Positions 45,281-53,542 of a DNA stretch of 64,000 nt are shown here, one piece after another. Location of the stretch: positions 1,226 through 65,225 of the forward strand of contig DASWMK010000057.1 in NCBI GenBank assembly GCA_036399815.1. The letters run 5' to 3'. Source of the DNA: Acidimicrobiales bacterium. Its GTDB lineage: Bacteria > Actinomycetota > Acidimicrobiia > Acidimicrobiales > DASWMK01. The stretch's first letter is position 1; the number at the start of each line of letters is the position of its first letter. Position numbers and translations under genes: made by a program. The notes under the pieces are model-generated. The model worked only from the letters and a program-made list of their open reading frames with translations. It had not been told where the DNA came from and did no database searches.

Positions 45281-46489
45281 TCAGGCGGGCAGCGGCAGGC
45301 GCACCGTGAACCGGCACCCGGGGCCGGCGTTGGCGACGTCGATCTCGCCGTCGTGGGCCTCGACCAGCCCCTTGGCGATGGCCAGCCCGAGCCCGGCCCG
45401 GCCGTCGCCCGGCGTGCGGGCGGCTTCGCCCCGGAAGGCCACCTCGAACACCCGGCCGAGGTCCTCGTCGGCGATCCCGCCGCAGCTGTCGGCGACGGCC
45501 ACGTAGGCCCGGTCCCGCTCCACCCCGGCCTCGACCCAGACGGTCCCGTCGGCCGGCGTGTGGCGGATGGCGTTCTCGAGCAGGTTGCGCAGCGCCCGCA
45601 GGACCTCCGGGGTCGACAGCTCCACCTCGACCGCCCGCCCGTCGAGGTGGCCCTCCAGGCGGACGCCCTTGGCCTCGGCCACCGGCCCGGCGGCGGCGAC
45701 GGCGTCGGAGACGACGTCGGCCAGCGCCGCCCGCTTCATCTCCAGCCGCAGGGCGCCGGCCTGGATGCGGCTCAGCTCGAACAGGTCGTCGACGAGGGCG
45801 GCGAGCCGGTCGGCCTCCTCCCGCAGGGTGCGGTGGTAGCGGTGGACGGTGGCCTCGTCGGTGACCACGCCGTCCTCCAGCGCCTCGGTGACGGCCCGGA
45901 TGGCGGCGAGGGGCGTGCGCAGGTCGTGGGACACCCAGGCGACGAGCTCGCGGCGGGACCGCTCCATGGCCCGCTCCGAGGCCCGGGAGGCGTCGAGCCG
46001 GGCCGACATGGCGTCGAGCTCGGCGGCCAGGTCGGCCAGCTCCCGGGGGGCGGGGCGGTCCCCGGCGGCGCCGGCGCCGTCGCCGTCGCCGATGCGGCGG
46101 GCGGTGGCCCCGAGCCGGCGGCTGGCGGCCCCGACGCGGCGGCCGAGCACGACCGCGCACAGCACGCCGGCCGTCCCGCCGGCGGCCAGGATGACCCGCA
46201 GCGCCGCCAGGTCGTGGGCCGAGACGTACATCGCCTGGGCGGCCGCGGTCGTCCCGGCGGCCACGGCCGCCACCCCGGTCAGGGCGACGACGGCGACCTG
46301 CTCGGCGAGGGACCGCCGGCGCAGGGCCCACAGCGCGGCGGCCCCGGCCACGCCGGCCACCGCGGCCCAGCCGACGGTGAGGACCACGAGCGCCACGGCG
46401 TCGCCCGCCGGCAGCCCGGTCGCCACCGCGACGGCGACGACGAGCACGGCCCCGGCGGCCGCCGTGGCCACCGGCGCCCACCGCGTCAT
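45281..46489 (-). CDS. sensor histidine kinase (HAMP/HisKA/HATPase_c)
   Basis: Own start at ATG 46489 (MTRWAPVATAAAG...). H box WVSHDLRTPLAAI, N box NLLENAIRHTP, G box GLGLAIAKG. The track shows it as the C-terminal third of a 1109-aa artefactual ORF. Confidence 0.9.
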   Translation of the reverse strand: MTRWAPVATAAAGAVLVVAVAVATGLPAGDAVALVVLTVGWAAVAGVAGAAALWALRRRSLAEQVAVVALTGVAAVAAGTTAAAQAMYVSAHDLAALRVILAAGGTAGVLCAVVLGRRVGAASRRLGATARRIGDGDGAGAAGDRPAPRELADLAAELDAMSARLDASRASERAMERSRRELVAWVSHDLRTPLAAIRAVTEALEDGVVTDEATVHRYHRTLREEADRLAALVDDLFELSRIQAGALRLEMKRAALADVVSDAVAAAGPVAEAKGVRLEGHLDGRAVEVELSTPEVLRALRNLLENAIRHTPADGTVWVEAGVERDRAYVAVADSCGGIADEDLGRVFEVAFRGEAARTPGDGRAGLGLAIAKGLVEAHDGEIDVANAGPGCRFTVRLPLPA

Positions 46490-47196
46490 CTCGCCGCTCC
46501 CACCCGCCCCGCGTCGCAGCGGTAGCCGACCCCCCACACCGTCGCGATCAGCGACGGCCGGGACGGGTCGTCCTCCACCTTCTCCCGCAGCCGGCGGACG
46601 TGGACGGTCACCGTCGACGTGTCGCCGTAGGTGTAGCCCCACACCTGCTCGAGCAGCTCCTCCCGGCGGAAGGCCGTGCGGGGGTGGCGCAGGAAGAACA
46701 CCAGCAGCTCGAACTCCCGGGTGGTGAGGGCCACCGGCGCCCCGGCCCTGCGCACCTCCCGGGCGGCCACGTCCACCTCGAGGTCGCCGGCGACGAGCAC
46801 CTCGGGCCCGGCCGGCGGCCGCTCGGGCGGCGGCGCCTGGGCCCGGCGGAGCACGGACTTCACCCTGGCCGTGAGCTCCCTGGGCGAGAACGGCTTGGCC
46901 ACGTAGTCGTCGGCGCCGAGCTCGAGGCCGGTCACCCGGTCGGCCTCGTCGCCCCGCGCCGTCAGCATGACGATCGGGATCGGGCCCATGGCCCGCAGCC
47001 GGCGGCACACCTCGATGCCGTCGATGCCGGGGAGCATGAGGTCGAGCACGACGAGGTCGGGGCGGTCGAGGGCGGCCGCCTCCAGTGCCCGCCGGCCGTC
47101 GTGGACGGCCTGCACGGCAAACCCCTCGCGCTCGAGGTAGCGGCGGACGACGTCGGCGACCGTCCGGTCGTCGTCGACGATCAGCACCCTGGCCAC
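46486..47196 (-). CDS. OmpR/PhoB-family response regulator
   Basis: Receiver domain (VLIVDDD...DLVVLDLMLPGIDG...KPF) plus trans_reg_C (LTTREFELLVFFLRHP...VHVRRLREKV...VWGVGYR). Its stop overlaps the kinase ATG (ATGA). Confidence 0.93.
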   Translation of the reverse strand: MARVLIVDDDRTVADVVRRYLEREGFAVQAVHDGRRALEAAALDRPDLVVLDLMLPGIDGIEVCRRLRAMGPIPIVMLTARGDEADRVTGLELGADDYVAKPFSPRELTARVKSVLRRAQAPPPERPPAGPEVLVAGDLEVDVAAREVRRAGAPVALTTREFELLVFFLRHPRTAFRREELLEQVWGYTYGDTSTVTVHVRRLREKVEDDPSRPSLIATVWGVGYRCDAGRVGAAR

Positions 47197-47278
47197 CGTC
47201 CCACCCTACGGACGCGGACGGCCCGGGGCCGGGCCGCCGGCCGGTAGTTCCGTCCCTCGTAAGGGGTAGGCCGGGCCC

Positions 47279-48043
47279 ATGGCTCGCGTCGCGATCGTCA
47301 CCGGCTCGGACTCCGGCATCGGCAAGGCCACCGCGGTGCGCCTGGCCCAGGACGGCTTCGACGTCGGCATCACCTGGCACACCGACGAGGCCGGTGCCAA
47401 GGGCGCCGCCGCCGAGGTGCAGGAGCTGGGCCGGCGGGCCGAGGTCCGCCACGTCGACCTGTCCTCGATGCCCGGCCCCGAGTCGGTCGTGGACGACCTG
47501 GCCGACGCCCTCGGCGGCCTCGACGTGCTCGTGAACAACGCCGGCACCGGGTCGTCGAGCCCGTTCCTCGACCAGGACCTCGACGGCTGGCGCCACGTGC
47601 TGGAGGTCGACCTGACGGCGCCGTTCCTGCTCGCCCAGCGGGCGGCGCAGCGCATGGTCGCGGCCGGCAAGGGCGGCCGCATCGTGAACGTCACGTCCGT
47701 GCACGAGCACGTGCCCCTGCCCGGGTCCTCGGCCTACTGCGCGGCGAAGGGCGGCCTCGGCCTCCTCACCAAGGTGATGGCCCTGGAGCTGGCCGAGCAC
47801 GGGATCACGGTGAACGCCGTCGCCCCCGGCGAGATCTCCACGCCGATGACCGGCCAGCACGACGTCGACCCCCACACCGAGGACCGCCCCGGCATCCCGG
47901 CCAAGCGGCCGGGCCACGCCAGGGAAGTGGCGGAGGTGATCGCGTTCCTGGCCGGCGAGGGCTCGTCCTACGTCACCGGGTCGTCCTACGTGGTCGACGG
48001 CGGGCTCCTCCTCATGGCGGCCGTGCGGAACGAGGCCGGCTGA
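47279..48043 (+). CDS. SDR family oxidoreductase
   Basis: Contains TGSDSGIGKA, NNAG and YCAAK. Confidence 0.9.
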   Translation: MARVAIVTGSDSGIGKATAVRLAQDGFDVGITWHTDEAGAKGAAAEVQELGRRAEVRHVDLSSMPGPESVVDDLADALGGLDVLVNNAGTGSSSPFLDQDLDGWRHVLEVDLTAPFLLAQRAAQRMVAAGKGGRIVNVTSVHEHVPLPGSSAYCAAKGGLGLLTKVMALELAEHGITVNAVAPGEISTPMTGQHDVDPHTEDRPGIPAKRPGHAREVAEVIAFLAGEGSSYVTGSSYVVDGGLLLMAAVRNEAG

Positions 48044-48044
48044 G

Positions 48045-48719
48045 GTGGACGTCGCCCCCGGGACGATCGTCGTGTGGGGCGACGTGGCCTGCCCGTGGGC
48101 CACGCTCGCCGTGCTCCGCCTGCACGCCACCCGGCGCCGGCTCGGCCTCGAGGGTCGGGTGACCTTCGAGCACCGGGCCTTCGCCCTCGAGCTGGCGAAC
48201 GAGCGGCCCACGCCGTGGTCGACGCTCCAGGCCGAGGTGCCGGTGGTCGGCAACCTGGCCCCGGACGCCGGGCTCCAGGTCTGGCAGGCGCCGCCGTGGG
48301 AGTGGCCGGTCACCGTGCTGCCGGCGCTGGCCGCCGTGCAGGTGGCGGCCGAGCAGGGGCCGGCGGCGGCCGAGGCGCTCGACCTCGCCCTGCGCCTGGC
48401 CATGTTCGCCGACAGCCGGTGCGTCGCCATCCGGTCGGTGGTCCTCGACGTGGCCGGGAGCTGCGACGGGGTCGACGTGGACGCCCTGGCCGGCGGGCTC
48501 GACGACGGGCGCGGGACCCGGGCCGTCATCGACCAACACCGGGCCGCGGCCGACGCCGGGGTGCAGGGCAGCCCGCACCTGTTCCTCCCCGACGGCTCCG
48601 ACGCCTTCAACCCCGGGGTGGAGATGCATTGGGAGGGCGGGTACGGGGAAGGGTTCCCCGTGGTCGATGCCGACGATCCGAGCGTGTACGAGCGGCTGCT
48701 GACGACCGCCGCCGGCTGA
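48045..48719 (+). CDS. DsbA/FrnE-like thioredoxin-fold protein with CPWA in place of CxxC
   Basis: The N-terminus VVWGDVACPWATLAV resembles the DSBA-like active-site helix, but the second Cys is Ala. The rest is compatible with a DsbA-like oxidoreductase/isomerase fold. Assignment is moderate. Confidence 0.6.
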   Translation: MDVAPGTIVVWGDVACPWATLAVLRLHATRRRLGLEGRVTFEHRAFALELANERPTPWSTLQAEVPVVGNLAPDAGLQVWQAPPWEWPVTVLPALAAVQVAAEQGPAAAEALDLALRLAMFADSRCVAIRSVVLDVAGSCDGVDVDALAGGLDDGRGTRAVIDQHRAAADAGVQGSPHLFLPDGSDAFNPGVEMHWEGGYGEGFPVVDADDPSVYERLLTTAAG

Positions 48720-48835
48720 GCGCCGGGGGTCGCTCGCGGCCGTCCACGGCCGTGGGTGACGAATGTGTTACTGTCTCGTGACCCTGACGGTCACCTTCCC
48801 TGCGGTGCCGTCCCGGACCATCAGCGAGGCAGGGT

Positions 48836-50215
48836 GTGCATCGGCTCCTGACGCCCCCGGCCCATCGGGTCGTGGTGGCCATCCTCATCGGCGCGGCCGT
48901 CCTCCTGGGCGCGCTGCCGGCCCGTGCCGGCGACTCCCTGTCCGACGCGCGCGCGCAGCGGGACCGGGTCCGCTCGCAGCGGTCGCAGCTGGCCTCCCAG
49001 CTCGACACGCTCGAGGCCAGCGAGGCCGAGGTGAGCGCCGCGCTCGGCGGGCTGACCGCCAACGTGCGGGACCAGGAGGCGCTCGTCGCCGACGCCCGCC
49101 GGGCCGCCGACGAGGCCCACCGGGAGCTCGAGGTGGCGCGCGCCGAGGAGGCCCGGGCCGAGCAGCAGCTGGTCGAGCTGGAGGGGTCGCTCCGGGAGCT
49201 GGCCGTGCGGGCCTACGTCCAGCCGCCGTCGGAGGACGACCTGATCGCGCTCTCGTCGGACTCGGCCGACCAGGCCATGGTCCGCCAGGCCCTGCTCGAC
49301 GTCCGGGCCGGCCAGTACACCGACCTGCTCGACCGCATGGAGGCCGCCAGGGAGGACCTCGAGCGCCAGCGGCAGCGGGCCGAGGACGCCGCGGCCGAGG
49401 CCGAGGCCCGGCAGGCGGCCGTCGAGGACCAGCTGGTCGAGCTCCAGGCGGCGAGGGACGAGCAGGCCCAGCTGATGCAGGCCGTGCAGCAGCGCATCGA
49501 CCACAACCTGTCCGAGGCCGCCGCCCTGGCCAGCCTGGACCGGCAGCTGTCCGACCAGATCGCCCGCCGCGAGGCCGAGATCGCCGCCCAGCTGCGGGCC
49601 GCCGAGGCCCAGCGCCGGGCCCAGGAGCAGGCGGCGGCGCAGGCCGCGGCCCAGCGCCAGGCGGCCGCCCAGGCCGCGCAGCAGCAACAGCAGCAGGCGC
49701 CGGCCCCGTCGGCCCCGGCCACGAGCGCGCCGGCCGCGCCCGCCACCACCTCGCCGCCGCCCCCGCCGACGACGGCCCCGCCGCCCCCGCCGCCGCCCGA
49801 GCCGGACCCGCCCACCTTCGTGTCGCCGGGCCTGTCCAACGTCCGGGGGATCGTGGTGGCGTCGTCCATCGCCGGCCAGCTGTCGGCCATGCTGGCCGCG
49901 GCCGAGGCCGACGGCATCGTCCTGTCGGGCGGCGGCTACCGCGACCCCGCCCAGCAGATCGCCCTGCGCCGGGCCCACTGCGGCACCAGCTACTACGCCA
50001 TCTACCAGATGCCGGCCTCGCAGTGCTCGCCGCCGACGGCCATCCCGGGCACGTCGATGCACGAGCAGGGCCTCGCCATCGACTTCACCTACGGCGGGTC
50101 GGTGATCTCGTCGCACAGCAGCCCGGCCTTCCAGTGGCTGGCCGCGCACGCCTCGACCTACGGCTTCTTCAACCTGCCGAGCGAGCCGTGGCACTGGTCG
50201 GTGAACGGCAACTGA
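48836..50215 (+). CDS. secreted coiled-coil protein with C-terminal VanY/M15B peptidase domain
   Basis: Signal peptide (VVVAILIGAAVLLGALPARAG), about 250 aa of heptad-rich coiled coil, and a Gln/Ala/Pro linker (QQQQQQAPAPSAP...PPPPPPP). Then GGGYRDPAQQIALR ... PGTSMHEQGLAIDF ... PWHWS. Confidence 0.8.
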   Translation: MHRLLTPPAHRVVVAILIGAAVLLGALPARAGDSLSDARAQRDRVRSQRSQLASQLDTLEASEAEVSAALGGLTANVRDQEALVADARRAADEAHRELEVARAEEARAEQQLVELEGSLRELAVRAYVQPPSEDDLIALSSDSADQAMVRQALLDVRAGQYTDLLDRMEAAREDLERQRQRAEDAAAEAEARQAAVEDQLVELQAARDEQAQLMQAVQQRIDHNLSEAAALASLDRQLSDQIARREAEIAAQLRAAEAQRRAQEQAAAQAAAQRQAAAQAAQQQQQQAPAPSAPATSAPAAPATTSPPPPPTTAPPPPPPPEPDPPTFVSPGLSNVRGIVVASSIAGQLSAMLAAAEADGIVLSGGGYRDPAQQIALRRAHCGTSYYAIYQMPASQCSPPTAIPGTSMHEQGLAIDFTYGGSVISSHSSPAFQWLAAHASTYGFFNLPSEPWHWSVNGN

Positions 50216-50295
50216 CCCACCACATGGGGTAGTCGCGCCCGCACGTCCCGTCGTACGATCCCGCGGCGGGCGGGACGCGACGAAAGGTGGGGGAC

Positions 50296-51120
50296 ATGCA
50301 GCGCTTTCGGCGGTGGGGGCTGATCGCCCTCGTCCTGGCGGCCCCGCTGGTGGCCGTCCCCGAGGTCGGCGCGGCGGCGCCGACGGGCCCGACGGTCCTC
50401 GCCCGCTCGGCCGCCTCGACGGTCGTCCGGGACGGGGCCTGGGTGTTGCGGACGTACTCGACGGCGCTGGCGTCGCCGACGGTCGTGACCTACCGGGGCC
50501 GGGCCGTGGACGGCGGCTGCCGCTACGGCGGCACCGAGCGGGTGCGGCCCGGGGCCGTGCCGGCCGGGATGGTGGTCGTCGAGCGGGAGATCGGGCACGA
50601 CCTGTCGGCCTGCCGGCTGCGGGTCGAGCGGGGGCTGGCCCCGGCCGGCTCGGTGGGCGGGGCGGACGGCCGCGTCGTGTCCCGCGAGGCCGTGCCGGCC
50701 GGCGAGGTGGGGCCGTCGACGCGGGCCAGCGCCGGCGCCTTCCACATGACGTACTACGAGGACCCGATCGGCATCGACGTGACGAGCGTGCAGGCGGACA
50801 TCCGCTGGTCCTACGACTGGTCGTGCGTGACCAACAGCTGGGACCACATCGGCCACTGGGGCTGGTACACGCCCTCCGGCTGGGTGCGTGACGACTACTC
50901 GGTCAGCGCCTACCGCTACTGCGACGGCGCCACGACGATCGTCTACGGCCTGTTCCACAACACGCCGTTCTGCTACCCGTACCCGGCGACCTACAACGAG
51001 TACGACGTCACCGTCGTGAAGGGCCAGAAGGACGGGTCGTACTGGATGCAGTGGAACGCCTACAAGTGGGGCGGCTGCAACGAGATGCTGTCGTTCCACC
51101 GGACGCACGGCTGGATCTGA
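50296..51120 (+). CDS. secreted hypothetical protein, Trp/Tyr/Cys-rich C-terminal domain
   Basis: ATG 50296 after AAAGGTGGGGG (the track start is 50287). Signal peptide WGLIALVLAAPLVAVPEVGAA. C-terminus: ...IRWSYDWSCVTNSWDHIGHWGWYTPSGWVRDDY...YWMQWNAYKWGGCNEMLSFHRTHGWI. No family recognised. Confidence 0.55.
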   Translation: MQRFRRWGLIALVLAAPLVAVPEVGAAAPTGPTVLARSAASTVVRDGAWVLRTYSTALASPTVVTYRGRAVDGGCRYGGTERVRPGAVPAGMVVVEREIGHDLSACRLRVERGLAPAGSVGGADGRVVSREAVPAGEVGPSTRASAGAFHMTYYEDPIGIDVTSVQADIRWSYDWSCVTNSWDHIGHWGWYTPSGWVRDDYSVSAYRYCDGATTIVYGLFHNTPFCYPYPATYNEYDVTVVKGQKDGSYWMQWNAYKWGGCNEMLSFHRTHGWI

Positions 51121-51121
51121 C

Positions 51122-51493
51122 GTGCTGGCGGTGCCGCTCCTCGCCCTCGGCCTGGCCGCGCTGGCGGTCGTGCGGGGCGGGGGGCGGCCCCGGCCGGCGC
51201 TCGTGGCCGCCGCGCTGGCCGCCGCCGCCGTGGCCGCCGCCGGGGTGGGCGTGGCGCTGGCCGGGGACGAGGGGCCCGGCGTGGTGGCCTGGGCCGCCGC
51301 CCCCGTCGTGCTGACGGCGGTCGACCTCGCCGGCGCCCGCTCGTCCCGGGCCGGGGCCGTCCACCTGGGGGCGGTCGCGCTCGTCGCCGCCTTCGTGGCC
51401 GTGACCGGGCTGTCGATCGGGGTCGTCTTCGTGCCCGCCCTGGCCCTCCTGGCCGTGGCCGGGCTGGGCGCCCCGGCCTACGTCCGCAGGTAG
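51122..51493 (+). CDS. hypothetical integral membrane protein (about 4 TM)
   Basis: 123 aa, Ala/Val/Leu-rich helices. GTG start 1 nt after the upstream stop. Could be a GC artefact, but the hydrophobic periodicity supports a real gene. Confidence 0.4.
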   Translation: MLAVPLLALGLAALAVVRGGGRPRPALVAAALAAAAVAAAGVGVALAGDEGPGVVAWAAAPVVLTAVDLAGARSSRAGAVHLGAVALVAAFVAVTGLSIGVVFVPALALLAVAGLGAPAYVRR

Positions 51494-52239
51494 GAGGCGC
51501 CGTTCACGTCGACGACGGTGCCGGTGGTGAACACGGCCTCGGGCGAGGCCAGGAAGGCGACGACGGCCGCCACCTCGTCGGGGGTGGCCACCCGGCCGAG
51601 CGGGCTCTGGGCGCGGACGGCGTCGCCCTCCGGCCCCTCGAGGATCGACGCCGCCATGTCGGTGGCCACGAACCCGGGCGCCACCGTCGTCACCGTGATG
51701 CCGTGGGGGGCGAGGGCCACGGCCAGCGACTGGCCCATGCTGTTCAGCCCGGCCTTGCTGGCGCCGTAGGCGGGGTGGTCGGGCTCTCCCCGGAAGGCGC
51801 CCCGTGAGGACACGTTGACGATGCGGCCACCGCCCCGGCGGAGCAGGTGCTGCACCGCGCACCAGGTGACGTTGGCCGTCCCGACGAGGTTGGTGTCGAT
51901 CACGGTCCGCCAGGCCCGCTGCCAGTCCTCGTAGGACACCTCGGCGATGCGGTGCTCCTCGTAGACGGCGGCGTTGTTGACGAGGATGTCGAGGCCGCCG
52001 AGCCCATCGGCGGCCTCGTCCACCATCCGCCGCACGCCCTCGGGGTCGGCGAGGTCGGCCTGGACGACGAGATGGCCGTCGCCGGCCAGCAGGGCGAGGG
52101 TCTCCCGGGCGGCGTCCTCGCCCGAGCGGTGGTGGACGGCCACCCGGGCCCCCAGCGAGGCGAGCCGGGCGCAGACGGCCCGACCGATCCCCCGGGACCC
52201 GCCGGTGACGAGCGCGGCGGAGCCGGAGAGGTCGATCAC
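51478..52239 (-). CDS. SDR family oxidoreductase (FabG-like)
   Basis: Contains [15 protein letters not shown] and YGASK. Confidence 0.9.
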   Translation of the reverse strand: MIDLSGSAALVTGGSRGIGRAVCARLASLGARVAVHHRSGEDAARETLALLAGDGHLVVQADLADPEGVRRMVDEAADGLGGLDILVNNAAVYEEHRIAEVSYEDWQRAWRTVIDTNLVGTANVTWCAVQHLLRRGGGRIVNVSSRGAFRGEPDHPAYGASKAGLNSMGQSLAVALAPHGITVTTVAPGFVATDMAASILEGPEGDAVRAQSPLGRVATPDEVAAVVAFLASPEAVFTTGTVVDVNGASYLRT

Positions 52240-52316
52240 GGAGCAGGGAGGCTAACCCCCGCCGCCGAGGATGTGCTCTGATCCAGGCGACATGGCGCTG
52301 GAGCCGGAGGGTGGGG

Positions 52317-53462
52317 ATGGCGGACGTCGACGGCACGTGTGACCCGCAGTTCGAGCGTGTCCGGGCGACGCTCGCGCAGCAGCTGGACGCCGAGGAGCTC
52401 GGCGCGTCGGTCGCCGTCGACGTCGACGGCGAGACCGTCGTCGACCTCTGGGGCGGCTGGAGGGACGAGGCGCGGACGACCCCGTGGACCCGCGACACGA
52501 TCGTCACCGTCTGGTCGACCACGAAGCCGGTCACCAACCTGGCCATGCTGACCCTGGTCGAGCAGGGCCGGCTCGACGTCGACGCACCGGTCGCCCGCTA
52601 CTGGCCGGAGTTCGCCGCCAACGGCAAGGAGGGGATCACCGTCCGGCAGGTGATGTCCCACACCTCGGGCCTCTCCGGGTGGGACTCGCCGCTGACGATC
52701 GAGGACGTGTACGACTGGGACGGCGCCGTCGCCCGGCTGGCCGCCCAGGCCCCGTGGTGGGAGCCGGGGACGGCCTCGGGCTACCACGCCCTGAACCAGG
52801 GGCACCTGCTCGGCGAGGTGCTGCGCCGCATCGACGGGCGGTCGCTCAAGCAGTACGTGGCCGAGGAGCTGGCCGGGCCGCTGTCGGCCGACTTCCAGAT
52901 CGGGGCGAAGGAGGAGGACTGGGACCGCATCGCCCCCGTCGTGCCCCCGCCGCCGCTGCCCGTGGACCTCGCCGTCCTCGACCCGATGAGCCCGGTGGTG
53001 CGCACGTTCACCGGCCCGCTCCCCGACGCGGGGTGGGCCAACACGCCCGGCTGGCGGGGCGCCGACATCGGCGCCGCCAACGGGCACACCAACGCCCGCG
53101 GCGTCCTCGACGTCATGCGGGTGGTGTCGCTCGGCGGCGAGGCCGGCGGGGTGCGGCTGCTGTCGGCGGCGACGATCGACCGCATCTTCGAGGTGCAGTC
53201 GTACGGCGTGGACCTCGTGCTCGGCCTGCCGATCCGCTTCGGCCTGGGCTTCGGCCTGCCGACCCCCGAGACCATCCCCTTCGTCCCCGAGGGGAGGATC
53301 TGCTACTGGGGCGGGTGGGGCGGCTCGTGGATCGTCATGGACCTCGAGCGCCGCCTGACGATCGGCTACGTGATGAACCGGATGGGCCCCGGCCTCGTCG
53401 GCAGCGACCGCACCGACGCCTACGTCACGGCCGCCTACGCCGCCTTCGACGAGAGCGGGTGA
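52317..53462 (+). CDS. serine hydrolase, beta-lactamase/transpeptidase-like family
   Basis: ATG 52317 after GGAGGG (the track start is GTG 52311). SxxK motif WSTTKPVT, followed by SHTSGL. Confidence 0.87.
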   Translation: MADVDGTCDPQFERVRATLAQQLDAEELGASVAVDVDGETVVDLWGGWRDEARTTPWTRDTIVTVWSTTKPVTNLAMLTLVEQGRLDVDAPVARYWPEFAANGKEGITVRQVMSHTSGLSGWDSPLTIEDVYDWDGAVARLAAQAPWWEPGTASGYHALNQGHLLGEVLRRIDGRSLKQYVAEELAGPLSADFQIGAKEEDWDRIAPVVPPPPLPVDLAVLDPMSPVVRTFTGPLPDAGWANTPGWRGADIGAANGHTNARGVLDVMRVVSLGGEAGGVRLLSAATIDRIFEVQSYGVDLVLGLPIRFGLGFGLPTPETIPFVPEGRICYWGGWGGSWIVMDLERRLTIGYVMNRMGPGLVGSDRTDAYVTAAYAAFDESG

Positions 53463-53524
53463 CGGGAATCGAACCCGCGTTCTCAGCTTGGGAAGCTGAT
53501 GTTCTGCCGCTGAACTACACCCGC
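53454..53524 (-). tRNA. tRNA-Gly (anticodon CCC)
   Basis: Reverse complement is GCGGGTGTAGTTCAGCGGCAGAACATCAGCTTCCCAAGCTGAGAACGCGGGTTCGATTCCCGTCACCCGCT. It folds as a cloverleaf with anticodon loop TTCCCAA. CCA is not encoded. It overlaps the last 9 nt of the hydrolase gene on the other strand. Confidence 0.9.
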
Positions 53525-53542
53525 GAGGAGCGCTCAGCTTAG

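Noticed and set aside
46490-48610. N-terminal two thirds of the 1109-aa minus-strand ORF 45281..48610.
   Set aside because: Only the last 402 codons (from ATG 46489) form a histidine kinase. The upstream part is out of frame with the response regulator and antisense to the SDR and DsbA-like genes.
53454-53524. tRNA-Gly (and tRNA-Ile at 1385..1458) considered as possible integration sites for a genomic island.
   Set aside because: No integrase or recombinase gene, no direct repeat of the tRNA 3' end, and no clear compositional break was seen on either side.
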